Below are positions 9,971-19,610 of a DNA stretch of 32,000 nucleotides, in pieces. Within the stretch, counting starts at the first letter, position 1. Every line of letters begins with the position of its first letter. Below the pieces are notes generated by a model, which was given only the letters and a program-made list of their open reading frames with translations, was not told the origin of the DNA and did not search any database. The position numbers and the translations under genes were made by a program. This DNA is from Mycoplasmoides genitalium G37 (GTDB lineage: Bacteria; Bacillota_I; Bacilli_A; Mycoplasmatales; Mycoplasmoidaceae), in NCBI RefSeq assembly GCF_000027325.1, contig NC_000908.2:180001-212000 (forward strand), given 5' to 3'.

Positions 9971-10039
9971 CATAACGCTTTAGTTTTTAGTTGATACACC
10001 AAAATCCGTAGTCAATTTATTAACTAACTAGTGAACTAG

Positions 10040-10366
<327 letters not shown>

Positions 10367-10369
10367 GTT

Positions 10370-11143
10370 ATGGATGTAAGGGGAATATTTGGTGTTAAAG
10401 TAGGGATGAGTCAGATCTTTACTGAGCAAAATGAGTGCTTACCTATCACCATTGTTTATTGTGAAGCTAATCAGGTGGCTGGGATTAAAACGATTGCTAA
10501 AGATAATTACAACGCCACTCTATTAAGCTTTCAAACTGTTGATGAAAAACAACTTAACAAACCTAAACAAGGGTTCTTTTCCAAACTTAAACTAGAACCT
10601 CATAAATATCTGAGGGAAATCAGAAAGATGCAAGGGTTTGAGTTAGGTAAGAAGATCACCCCCCAGGAGTTGTTTAAGATAGGTGAATATGTTGATGTCA
10701 CTTCACTCACCAAAGGTAGGGGTTTTACAGGAGCGATTAAAAGGTGAAACTTTAAGATAGGTCCTTTGGGTCATGGGGCGGGTTATCCCCACCGCTTTCA
10801 GGGTTCTGTGCAAGCAGGTAGAGGTGGTAGTAGTGCGCAGCGTGTTTTTAAGGGTAAGAAGATGTCTGGGCATTATGGTCATGAACAAGTTACGATCCAA
10901 AACCTCTTTATTGTTGGCTTTGATGAAATCAATAAGTTAGTGTTAGTTTCAGGCGCAATTGCTGGTCCTGAGGGTGGGATTGTTTTAATTAAAACTGCAA
11001 AAAAGAAAACTGGCAAGATAAAAGATATAAAGTTAGCAGTACAAACTGTTAAAGCCCCACAACTAAAAGCACCAAAAAAGCAGAAAACTAAGGTTGAAAC
11101 CAACCAGGTTAACCCAAAAATTGAAGAAGAGAAAACTAAGTAA
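10370..11143 (+). CDS. rplC: 50S ribosomal protein L3
   Basis: GIFGVKVGMSQIF...VTSLTKGRGFTGAIKRW(TGA)NFKIGPLGHGAGYPHRFQGSVQ...GHYGHEQVTIQNL; 257 aa with TGA 10745-10747 read as Trp. Confidence 0.96.
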
Positions 11144-11778
11144 TGGCTAAACTTAAAGTAATCCAGTTTGATGGTAGTTTTAAAGGTGAGATCCAACCTG
11201 CTAACCACCTCCTTTTAAAAAAAGCAGTGATCCAACCAGTGTTTGATGCTATCTTATTAGAACAAGCAGCATGTAGACAAGGCACTCACTCTACTTTAAC
11301 TAAGGGTGAAGTTAGTGGTGGGGGTAAAAAACCATATAAACAAAAGCACACTGGTAAAGCTAGACAGGGTTCAATAAGAAACCCCCATTATGTGGGGGGT
11401 GGTGTTGTTTTTGGTCCTAAACCCAACCGTAACTACAAACTAAAACTAAACAAAAAGGCTTATCAACTTGCTTTAACTAGTGCCTTTGCACAAAAGCTTA
11501 ACAACAACCAAGTGATAGTTGCTGAAGCCAAGTTGTTTGAACAAACCAATGCCAAAACTAAAAAGATGCTGACGTTTCTCAAGAATGCCAAACTAACTGA
11601 GCAAAAACTCTTGTTTGTGATTGATACTATCTCAAAACCACTGTTGTTGAGTACTAACAACCTAAAGCAGATAGTAGTCAAACAGTTTAATAAAGTATCA
11701 GTAAGAGATCTACTTTTAGCTAAAACTATCATCATTGAAAAAGCTGCTTTTACAAAACTGGAGGAACGACTTAAATAG
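11143..11778 (+). CDS. rplD: 50S ribosomal protein L4
   Basis: RQGTHSTLTKGEVSGGGKKPYKQKHTGKARQGSIRNPHYVGGGVVFGP. Confidence 0.96.
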   Translation: MAKLKVIQFDGSFKGEIQPANHLLLKKAVIQPVFDAILLEQAACRQGTHSTLTKGEVSGGGKKPYKQKHTGKARQGSIRNPHYVGGGVVFGPKPNRNYKLKLNKKAYQLALTSAFAQKLNNNQVIVAEAKLFEQTNAKTKKMLTFLKNAKLTEQKLLFVIDTISKPLLLSTNNLKQIVVKQFNKVSVRDLLLAKTIIIEKAAFTKLEERLK

Positions 11779-11781
11779 GCT

Positions 11782-12102
11782 ATGGATGTAACCAACATAC
11801 TCTTAAAACCAGTCTTAACTGAAAAGAGTTATCTCAACCAGATGGGGGAATTGAAAAAATATGTCTTTGCAATTAACCCTAAAGCTACTAAAACCAAAGT
11901 AAAACTAGCGTTTGAAATTATCTATGGGGTTAAACCTTTAAAGATTAACACGCTAATTAGAAAACCAGTGACCATTAGAAATGGCACTAAATACCCTGGG
12001 TTTAGTAAGCTAGCAAAACTAGCAGTAATCACCTTACCTAAGGGAATGGATATTGCCATTACTGGTGAGAAAACAACCAAGAAAGAAACAAAGGATCAAT
12101 AA
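11782..12102 (+). CDS. rplW: 50S ribosomal protein L23
   Basis: [12 protein letters not shown]...[32 protein letters not shown]. Confidence 0.95.
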
Positions 12103-12959
12103 TGGCAATTAAAAAGATTATTAGTCGTTCTAACAGTGGGATTCACAACGCCACTGTCATTGACTTTAAAAAACTCCTTACCAATTCCAAACCCGAAAAG
12201 TCGCTTTTAGTTACTTTAAAAAAACATGCAGGAAGAAACAACCAGGGCAAGATCACTGTTCGCCACCACGGTGGGAGACATAAACGTAAGTACCGTTTAA
12301 TTGATTTTAAGCGTTACCACTATGACAATTTAAAAGCAACTGTTAAATCGATTGAATATGATCCTAACCGCAGTTGTTTTATCTCCCTTTTACACTATCA
12401 GAATGGGGTTAAAACTTACATCATTAGTCCTGATGGGATTAAGGTTGGTGATCAAGTTTATTCATCTGATCATGCCATTGATATCAAACTAGGTTATTGT
12501 ATGCCCCTTGCTTTTATCCCTGAAGGAACCCAAGTTCATAACATTGAACTTAACCCTAAGGGTGGGGGTAAGATAGCAAGAAGTGCTGGAAGTTATGCGA
12601 GGATCTTGGGTCAAGATGAGACTGGTAAATACATCATTCTCCAGTTAATCTCAGGGGAAACTAGGAAGTTTTTAAAGGAGTGTAGAGCTACAGTTGGTGT
12701 TGTCTCTAACTTAGATCATAACCTTGTTGTAATTGGTAAAGCAGGGAGAAGTCGTCATAAGGGAATCAGACCAACGGTTAGAGGTTCAGCAATGAACCCT
12801 AATGACCACCCGCATGGGGGTGGGGAAGGGAGAAGCCCAGTTGGCAGAGATGCACCAAGAACCCCTTGGGGCAAACGCCATATGGGTGTGAAAACACGTA
12901 ACATGAAAAAACATTCAACTAACCTGATTATTAGAAACAGAAAAGGAGAACAATACTAA
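12102..12959 (+). CDS. rplB: 50S ribosomal protein L2
   Basis: [22 protein letters not shown]...[28 protein letters not shown]. Confidence 0.98.
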   Translation: MAIKKIISRSNSGIHNATVIDFKKLLTNSKPEKSLLVTLKKHAGRNNQGKITVRHHGGRHKRKYRLIDFKRYHYDNLKATVKSIEYDPNRSCFISLLHYQNGVKTYIISPDGIKVGDQVYSSDHAIDIKLGYCMPLAFIPEGTQVHNIELNPKGGGKIARSAGSYARILGQDETGKYIILQLISGETRKFLKECRATVGVVSNLDHNLVVIGKAGRSRHKGIRPTVRGSAMNPNDHPHGGGEGRSPVGRDAPRTPWGKRHMGVKTRNMKKHSTNLIIRNRKGEQY

Positions 12960-13222
12960 TGTCAAGAAGTAGTAAAAAGGGCGCATTTGTTGATGCTCAC
13001 CTCTTAAAAAAAGTGATTGAAATGAACAAACAAGCCAAGAAAAAACCAATTAAGACTTGGTCAAGAAGAAGTACTATCTTCCCTGAGTTTGTGGGTAACA
13101 CCTTCAGTGTGCATAACGGTAAAACCTTTATTAATGTTTATGTTACTGATGATATGGTAGGTCATAAGTTGGGTGAGTTTTCCCCAACTAGAAACTTTAA
13201 ACAACACACTGCTAACCGTTAG
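12959..13222 (+). CDS. rpsS: 30S ribosomal protein S19
   Basis: [16 protein letters not shown]...[30 protein letters not shown]. Confidence 0.97.
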   Translation: MSRSSKKGAFVDAHLLKKVIEMNKQAKKKPIKTWSRRSTIFPEFVGNTFSVHNGKTFINVYVTDDMVGHKLGEFSPTRNFKQHTANR

Positions 13223-13224
13223 TT

Positions 13225-13659
13225 ATGATTGCTTTTGCTAAACAATACAGAGTTCACATCTCCCCCCAAAAAGCACGGTTAGTGTGCCAGTTAATTGTGG
13301 GTAAGAAGATTAATGATGCGCAAAACATCCTTTTAAATACGCCAAAGAAAGCTGCTTACTTTTTAACTAAGTTACTAAATAGTGCGATTAGTAATGCCAC
13401 TAATAACCACGGGATGAGCGGGGATCTTTTGTATGTATTTGAATGTGTTGCTAACCAAGGACCTAGCATGAAAAGAACAATCGCTAGAGCCAAAGGTTCA
13501 GGGAGTGTTTTAACCAAGCGTTCTTCAAACCTAGTTATTAAGTTATCTGATAATCCCAATGAAAGAAAATTACTCTTAACCCAACAAAAGGAACTGGTGA
13601 AAAAAAGAACAATGGGTCATAAAAAAGAGAAAGCAAAGCAAAAGCAAAAACAACAATAA
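13225..13659 (+). CDS. rplV: 50S ribosomal protein L22 (C-terminally extended)
   Basis: VHISPQKARLVCQLIVGKKINDAQNIL...FECVANQGPSMKRTIARAKGSGSVLTKRSS. Confidence 0.95.
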   Translation: MIAFAKQYRVHISPQKARLVCQLIVGKKINDAQNILLNTPKKAAYFLTKLLNSAISNATNNHGMSGDLLYVFECVANQGPSMKRTIARAKGSGSVLTKRSSNLVIKLSDNPNERKLLLTQQKELVKKRTMGHKKEKAKQKQKQQ

Positions 13660-13661
13660 CT

Positions 13662-14468
13662 ATGGGACAAAAAGTAAATTCAAACGGCTTAAGGTTTGGC
13701 ATTAATAAGAACTGGATCTCACGGTGAACTGCCAGTTCCAACCAACAAACAGCAACCTGATTAGTACAAGATGAGAAGATCCGTAACCTCTTTTTTATCA
13801 ACTATCGCAACGCTCAGGTGTCTAATGTTGAGATAGAAAGAACCCAAACGACTGTTGATGTTTATGTCTATGCAGCTCAACCTGCTTTATTGATAGGCAG
13901 TGAAAACAAAAACATCCAAAAGATTACCAAAATGATCCAAATCATTGTGGGCAGAAAGATTAAACTTGATCTTACTATCAATGAGATCGGCTCTCCGATG
14001 TTATCAAGTAGGATCATTGCCCGTGATATTGCTAATGCGATTGAAAACAGAGTACCACTCCGTTCAGCAATGCGCCAAGCTCTAACCAAGGTTTTAAAAG
14101 CAGGTGCTAATGGGATTAAGGTATTGGTATCAGGCAGATTAAATGGGGCGGAAATTGCCCGTGACAAGATGTATATTGAGGGCAATATGCCTCTTTCAAC
14201 TTTAAGAGCAGATATTGACTATGCCTTTGAAAAAGCAAAAACCACCTATGGCATTATTGGGGTGAAAGTATGGATTAACAGGGGGATGATCTATGCAAAG
14301 GGTTTAAACAGAACCCCAGCACACATCCTCCATCCCCAAAAGAAACAGCTAAAAACCCCAACTATCAAAAAAACCAATTCAGTAATAGCAAAACAAAAAC
14401 TCACTGGTAGTGATATTGAAACTGCTAGTTTAAAAGCACTTACTGATAATAATCAAAACCACGAATAG
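13662..14468 (+). CDS. rpsC: 30S ribosomal protein S3
   Basis: [44 protein letters not shown]; two in-frame TGA=Trp plus a TGG. The track shows only the part from 13818. Confidence 0.97.
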
Positions 14469-14473
14469 TTAAG

Positions 14474-14890
14474 ATGTTACAACCAAAAAGAACCAAATAC
14501 AGAAAACCACATAACGTCAGTTATGAAGGACACACTAAGGGCAATGGTTATGTTGCTTTTGGTGAGTATGGAATTGTTGCTACTAAGGGTAATTGGATCG
14601 ATGCGAGAGCAATTGAATCAGCGCGGGTTGCTATCTCAAAGTGCTTGGGTAAAACTGGAAAGATGTGAATCAGGATCTTCCCCCACATGTCAAAAACCAA
14701 AAAACCCTTAGAAGTGAGGATGGGTTCAGGGAAAGGTAACCCTGAATTTTGGGTTGCTGTTGTTAAAAAGGGGACAGTGATGTTTGAAGTTGCTAACATC
14801 CCTGAACAACAGATGATCAAAGCCTTAACAAGAGCAGGCCATAAACTCCCTGTTACCTGAAAACTAATGAAAAGAGAGGAGAACAGTTAA
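14474..14890 (+). CDS. rplP: 50S ribosomal protein L16
   Basis: [33 protein letters not shown]...[36 protein letters not shown]; TGA 14666-14668 read as Trp. Confidence 0.97.
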
Positions 14891-15492
14891 TGACAATCGC
14901 TAAGGAGCTGAAGCAAAAGAGCAACGAAGAGTTAGTGAAACTAGTAATTAAGCTTAAGGGTGAACTCTTAGAATACCGCTTTAAACTTGCCCATGGTGAA
15001 CTTGACAAACCCCATCTGATTGCCAAGGTGAGAAAGTTATTAGCAGTTGTACTTACTATTCTCACTGAACGCAAACTCAACTGACAAGTTGAAAAAGATA
15101 AGTACAAGTTACTTTCAAGAAAAACCAATGAACTTATTGTTAACAGTTGAAAGCAAAAACTATCAACTAAACCTGAATCCAAACAAGAAACTAAAAAGGC
15201 TGAAGTTAAACCTAAGGTTGAATCAAAGCCTGAATCCAAACAAGAAACTAAAAAGGCTGAAGTTAAACCTTTAAAACAAGAAACTAAAAAAGTTGAAGTT
15301 AAACCTAAAGTTGAACCAAAACCTTTAAAACAAGAAACTAAAAAGGTTGAAGCTAGGATTGAAACTAAGACTAAAGTTGAATCAAAACCTTTAAAACAAG
15401 AAGTTAAAAAGGTTGAAGCTAAAAAATCTGTTTCAAAACCCCAAAAACCAGTTAAAGCCAAAATGATTAAAACAAAGGAGAAAAAACAATAA
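14890..15492 (+). CDS. rpmC: 50S ribosomal protein L29 with a long repetitive Lys/Glu/Pro C-terminal extension (200 aa)
   Basis: L29 core [65 protein letters not shown], then KQETKKxEVKP repeats to TAA 15490-15492. Confidence 0.93.
15172..15213 (+). repeat. Direct repeat copy 1, 42 bp, inside the L29 extension
   Basis: cctgaatccaaacaagaaactaaaaaggctgaagttaaacct, identical to 15229-15270. Confidence 0.9.
15229..15270 (+). repeat. Direct repeat copy 2, 42 bp, inside the L29 extension
   Basis: Identical to 15172-15213; offset 57 bp (in frame). Confidence 0.9.
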
Positions 15493-15749
15493 TGAAGCGC
15501 AACCAACGTAAGCAGTTAATTGGCACAGTTGTTAGCACCAAAAATGCTAAAACAGCAACTGTCAAAGTAACATCACGCTTTAAACATCCTTTGTATCACA
15601 AATCAGTTATTCGCCATAAAAAGTACCATGTCCATAACTTTGGTGAACTTGTTGCTAATGATGGTGATAGGGTACAAATTATTGAAACAAGACCCCTTTC
15701 CGCTTTAAAGCGGTGAAGGATTGTCAAAATCATTGAAAGAGCAAAATAG
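15492..15749 (+). CDS. rpsQ: 30S ribosomal protein S17
   Basis: RKQLIGTVVSTKNAKTATVKV...[28 protein letters not shown]; TGA 15714-15716 read as Trp; stop TAG 15747-15749. Confidence 0.96.
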
Positions 15750-15752
15750 TTT

Positions 15753-16121
15753 ATGGTTAGTTTTATGACAAGATTAAATGTAGCTGATAATACAGGCGCT
15801 AAGCAAGTAGGTATTATCAAAGTTTTAGGTGCTACATACAAACGTTATGCATTCCTTGGTGATGTTGTTGTTGTATCAGTTAAAGATGCAATCCCTAATG
15901 GCATGGTTAAAAAGGGTCAAGTGTTAAGAGCAGTCATTGTTAGAACCAAAAAGGGACAACAACGCCAAGATGGTACCCACCTAAAGTTCCATGACAATGC
16001 TTGTGTGCTTATCAAAGAAGATAAATCCCCAAGGGGAACAAGAATCTTTGGACCAGTTGCTAGAGAGTTGAGAGAAAAAGGTTACAACAAGATTTTAAGC
16101 TTGGCGGTGGAGGTTGTTTAA
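15753..16121 (+). CDS. rplN: 50S ribosomal protein L14
   Basis: [14 protein letters not shown]...[36 protein letters not shown]. Confidence 0.97.
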   Translation: MVSFMTRLNVADNTGAKQVGIIKVLGATYKRYAFLGDVVVVSVKDAIPNGMVKKGQVLRAVIVRTKKGQQRQDGTHLKFHDNACVLIKEDKSPRGTRIFGPVARELREKGYNKILSLAVEVV

Positions 16122-16447
16122 TGCAAAGGATTAGAAAAGGTGATAAGGTAGTTGTGATCACTGGTAAAAACAAGGGTGGTAGTGGGATAGTGCTTAAGGT
16201 ATTAACCAAGCAAAACAAAGCGATTGTTGAGGGGATCAATAAGGTTACTGTTCACAAAAAAGAACAAGTCAACAAGCGCAGCAAACAAACAAACCCAACT
16301 ACTAAAGAAGCCCCTTTACCATTAAATAAACTTGCTTTATTTGATCAGAAGGCCAAACAGCAAACAATTGGCAAGATCAAATACCAAATTGATCCTAAAA
16401 CCAAACAAAAAACAAGAGTCTTTAAGAAGACTAATAATGCCATTTAA
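16121..16447 (+). CDS. rplX: 50S ribosomal protein L24
   Basis: [45 protein letters not shown]. Confidence 0.95.
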
Positions 16448-16452
16448 CTGTT

Positions 16453-16995
16453 ATGAATAACCTTGAAAAAACCTATAAAACTGAGTTAGTTAATCAACTC
16501 CAACAACAGTTGGGCTTTTCTTCCATTATGCAAGTCCCTAAGTTAACAAAAATCGTTGTTAACATGGGAGTTGGGGATGCAATTAGAGACAACAAGTTCC
16601 TTGAATCAGCACTAAATGAACTGCACCTGATTACTGGTCAAAAACCCGTTGCTACTAAAGCTAAGAATGCTATCTCAACTTACAAGTTACGTGCTGGCCA
16701 ATTAATTGGTTGTAAAGTTACTCTAAGAAATAAAAAGATGTGATCCTTTCTGGAAAAATTAATCTATATTGCTCTGCCCAGAGTAAGGGACTTTCGCGGT
16801 TTATCACTGCGCTCTTTTGATGGGAAAGGTAACTATACGATTGGCATTAAAGAACAGATTATCTTCCCTGAAATTGTCTATGATGATATCAAAAGAATTA
16901 GGGGTTTTGACATCACTATTGTCACTTCCACCAACAAAGATAGTGAAGCACTTGCTTTACTGAGAGCACTAAAGATGCCGTTTGTAAAAGAATAG
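16453..16995 (+). CDS. rplE: 50S ribosomal protein L5
   Basis: [19 protein letters not shown]...[37 protein letters not shown](TGA)SFLEKLI...[33 protein letters not shown]; 180 aa. Confidence 0.97.
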
Positions 16996-16997
16996 AT

Positions 16998-17183
16998 ATG
17001 GCTAAAAAATCATTAAAAGTAAAACAATCCCGTCCCAATAAGTTTAGTGTACGCGACTACACCAGGTGTTTAAGGTGTGGGCGTGCTAGAGCAGTGTTAA
17101 GCCACTTTGGTGTGTGTAGGTTGTGTTTCCGTGAACTTGCTTATGCAGGAGCAATCCCAGGAGTTAAAAAAGCATCATGATAA
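16998..17183 (+). CDS. rpsN: 30S ribosomal protein S14, zinc-binding (C+) form, 61 aa
   Basis: [41 protein letters not shown]; the final Trp is TGA 17178-17180 and the true stop is TAA 17181-17183. Confidence 0.95.
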
Positions 17184-17602
17184 TCAATAAAGTTCCCAAA
17201 GCCCATTTTGATCCAGTTTCTGATCTTTTCACTAAGATCAACAATGCTAGAAAAGCTAAGCTTTTAACTGTTACCACCATCGCTTCTAAGTTAAAGATAG
17301 CTATCTTAGAGATTTTGATTAAAGAGGGCTATTTAGCTAACTATCAGGTGTTGGAAAATAAAACTAAAACCAAAAAACTAGTTAGTTTCACATTAAAATA
17401 CACCCAAAGAAGGATATGTTCTATTAATGGGGTGAAACAGATCTCAAAACCAGGATTAAGAATCTATCGTTCCTTTGAAAAACTTCCCCTTGTTTTAAAT
17501 GGTCTTGGTATTGCAATTATCTCCACTAGTGATGGAGTGATGACTGATAAAGTAGCAAGGTTAAAGAAGATTGGTGGGGAGATTTTAGCTTACGTTTGGT
17601 AA
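17177..17602 (+). CDS. rpsH: 30S ribosomal protein S8
   Basis: [17 protein letters not shown]...[52 protein letters not shown]. Confidence 0.96.
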   Translation: MIINKVPKAHFDPVSDLFTKINNARKAKLLTVTTIASKLKIAILEILIKEGYLANYQVLENKTKTKKLVSFTLKYTQRRICSINGVKQISKPGLRIYRSFEKLPLVLNGLGIAIISTSDGVMTDKVARLKKIGGEILAYVW

Positions 17603-17608
17603 AAAATT

Positions 17609-18163
17609 ATGTCAAAAATAGGAAATAGATCAATCAAAATTGATCCTAGTAAAGTGAGTTTAATGCAAACAACAACACTGCTTACTATTAAAGGACCATT
17701 AGGGGAAAACACCATTAAACTACCCAAAAACTTACCCTTAAAGTTTGTTGTTGAAAATGACACTATTAAAGTAACTAATAACAACAACTTAAAACAAACT
17801 AAGATCTTACACGGTACTTTCAATGCGTTAGTTAACAACGCAGTTATTGGGGTTACCAAGGGTTTTGAAAAGAAACTCATCCTAGTTGGGGTTGGTTATC
17901 GTGCTAATGTGGAAGGGCAATTTCTCAACTTACAATTGGGCTATTCCCATCCTATTAAGGAGTTGATCCCAAACCAACTTACTGTTAAAGTAGAGAAGAA
18001 CACTGAAATCACCATTAGTGGAATAAAAAAAGAGTTAGTAGGTCAGTTTGCCACTGAAATCAGAAAGTGAAGAAAACCTGAGCCTTATAAGGGTAAAGGG
18101 GTACTTTACTTTAACGAAGTAATTGTTAGAAAACAAGGTAAAACTGCAGAGGGCAAGAAATAA
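17609..18163 (+). CDS. rplF: 50S ribosomal protein L6
   Basis: [12 protein letters not shown]...[23 protein letters not shown]...[33 protein letters not shown]; in-frame TGA 18068-18070. Confidence 0.96.
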
Positions 18164-18164
18164 G

Positions 18165-18512
18165 ATGACAAGAAACGATAAAAGAAGGATTAGACACAAA
18201 CGGATTGTCAAAAAGATTAGGTTAACTAACCTTAACAACAGGGTTGTACTAATTGTTATCAAGAGTTTAAAAAACATCTCGGTTCAAGCTTGGGACTTTA
18301 GTAAGAACGTTGTTTTAACATCAAGTTCCTCACTTCAACTAAAATTAAAAAATGGCAACAAGGAGAATGCTAAACTAGTGGGAATGGATATTGCAACCAA
18401 ACTCATCAAACTAAACCAAAAGGATGTGGTTTTTGATACTGGGGGTAGTAAGTACCATGGTAGGATTGCTGCTTTAGCAGAAGGAGCGCGAGCTAAGGGT
18501 TTAAATTTTTAA
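18165..18512 (+). CDS. rplR: 50S ribosomal protein L18
   Basis: [18 protein letters not shown]...[28 protein letters not shown]. The upstream start at 18123 in the track lies inside rplF and is not needed. Confidence 0.94.
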   Translation: MTRNDKRRIRHKRIVKKIRLTNLNNRVVLIVIKSLKNISVQAWDFSKNVVLTSSSSLQLKLKNGNKENAKLVGMDIATKLIKLNQKDVVFDTGGSKYHGRIAALAEGARAKGLNF

Positions 18513-18516
18513 AGCT

Positions 18517-19152
18517 ATGAATGATCAAAAAACTACTAACACTGGCTTGTTAACTTCCACTCTTAAAACCAAGCCCAAACACAACCTTAAACCTTCCAGT
18601 GAAGCCATTAAAAAAGCAGTGTCCAAAAAGGAAGGTCATTACAAAAACAAGCGCTTTCAAAAACATAACTTTAATAACAAAAGTGAGTTTGAAGAGAGGA
18701 TTGTCAAACTCAAACGGATCTCCAAAACCACAAAAGGTGGGAGAAACATGCGCTTTAGTGTCCTTGTTGTTGTTGGTAACAAAAAGGGCAAGGTTGGTTA
18801 TGGGATTGCTAAGGCATTGGAAGTACCACTTGCCATTAAAAAAGCGATTAAAAAAGCCCATAACTCCATTCATACAGTAGAGATCCATAAGGGTTCAATC
18901 TACCACGAAGTGATTGGTAGAAAAGGTGCATCTAAGGTGTTGTTAAAACCTGCACCTTTAGGAACTGGGATCATTGCTGGGGGAGCGATCCGTGCAATTG
19001 TAGAGTTAGCTGGTTTTAGTGATATCTATACCAAGAACTTGGGAAGAAACACCCCCATTAACATGATCCATGCCACTATGGATGGGATCTTAAAGCAACT
19101 CTCACCCAAAAAAGTGGCATTATTAAGAAATAAACCAATTAGTGATCTATAA
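18517..19152 (+). CDS. rpsE: 30S ribosomal protein S5 (N-terminally extended)
   Basis: [57 protein letters not shown]...[12 protein letters not shown]. Confidence 0.97.
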   Translation: MNDQKTTNTGLLTSTLKTKPKHNLKPSSEAIKKAVSKKEGHYKNKRFQKHNFNNKSEFEERIVKLKRISKTTKGGRNMRFSVLVVVGNKKGKVGYGIAKALEVPLAIKKAIKKAHNSIHTVEIHKGSIYHEVIGRKGASKVLLKPAPLGTGIIAGGAIRAIVELAGFSDIYTKNLGRNTPINMIHATMDGILKQLSPKKVALLRNKPISDL

Positions 19153-19157
19153 AAACA

Positions 19158-19610
19158 ATGGAACTACACCAATTAAAAAGTGTCTCTAAAAGCCGTAACC
19201 ACAAGTCCAAAGTGGTAGGTAGGGGCCATGGCTCGGGATTAGGTAAAACATCATCACGTGGTCAAAAGGGACAAAAAGCAAGAAAATCAGGTTTAACTAG
19301 GTTAGGTTTTGAAGGGGGACAAACACCCCTTTACCGCCGGTTGCCTAAGTATGGGGTTGCTAACAAAGGGATCTTAAAAAAAAGGTGGGTTGTTTTAAAT
19401 TTGAACAAAGTTGCTAAACTCAATCTCAAAACAGTTACTAGAGCAACTTTGATTGAAAAAAAGGTAATTAGTAAAAAAAATAACCTCCCTTTGAAGTTAA
19501 TTGGGAACACAAAACTCACTACTCCCATCCACTTTGAAGTGCAAAAAATCTCCAAAAATGCTTTAAATGCAGTGCAAACTAGCAAAGGTAGTGTGAAAAT
19601 TATCACCTAA
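19158..19610 (+). CDS. rplO: 50S ribosomal protein L15
   Basis: [49 protein letters not shown]. Confidence 0.96.

Noticed and set aside
9991-10021. TTGATA (9991-9996) plus TTTATT as a second S10 promoter
   Set aside because: The -10 match is poor at standard spacing; TGCTACAAT upstream is the better candidate, and neither can be chosen without TSS data.
15172-15470. Repeat array in rpmC as a possible CRISPR or mobile element
   Set aside because: Repeats are in frame, coding, Lys/Glu/Pro-rich, not evenly spaced with unique spacers, and no cas genes or inverted-repeat ends are present.
18123-18164. Track start for L18 at 18123 ([14 protein letters not shown]...)
   Set aside because: Extends back into the rplF coding region; the internal [13 protein letters not shown] start at 18165, directly after the rplF stop, matches normal L18 length.
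18599-18880. Overlapping plus-strand 93-aa ORF inside rpsE, and similar short ones at 14523-14711, 15047-15274 and 28730-28921
   Set aside because: Alternate-frame ORFs within strongly conserved genes, with shifted translations of basic repeats and no independent start context or domain.
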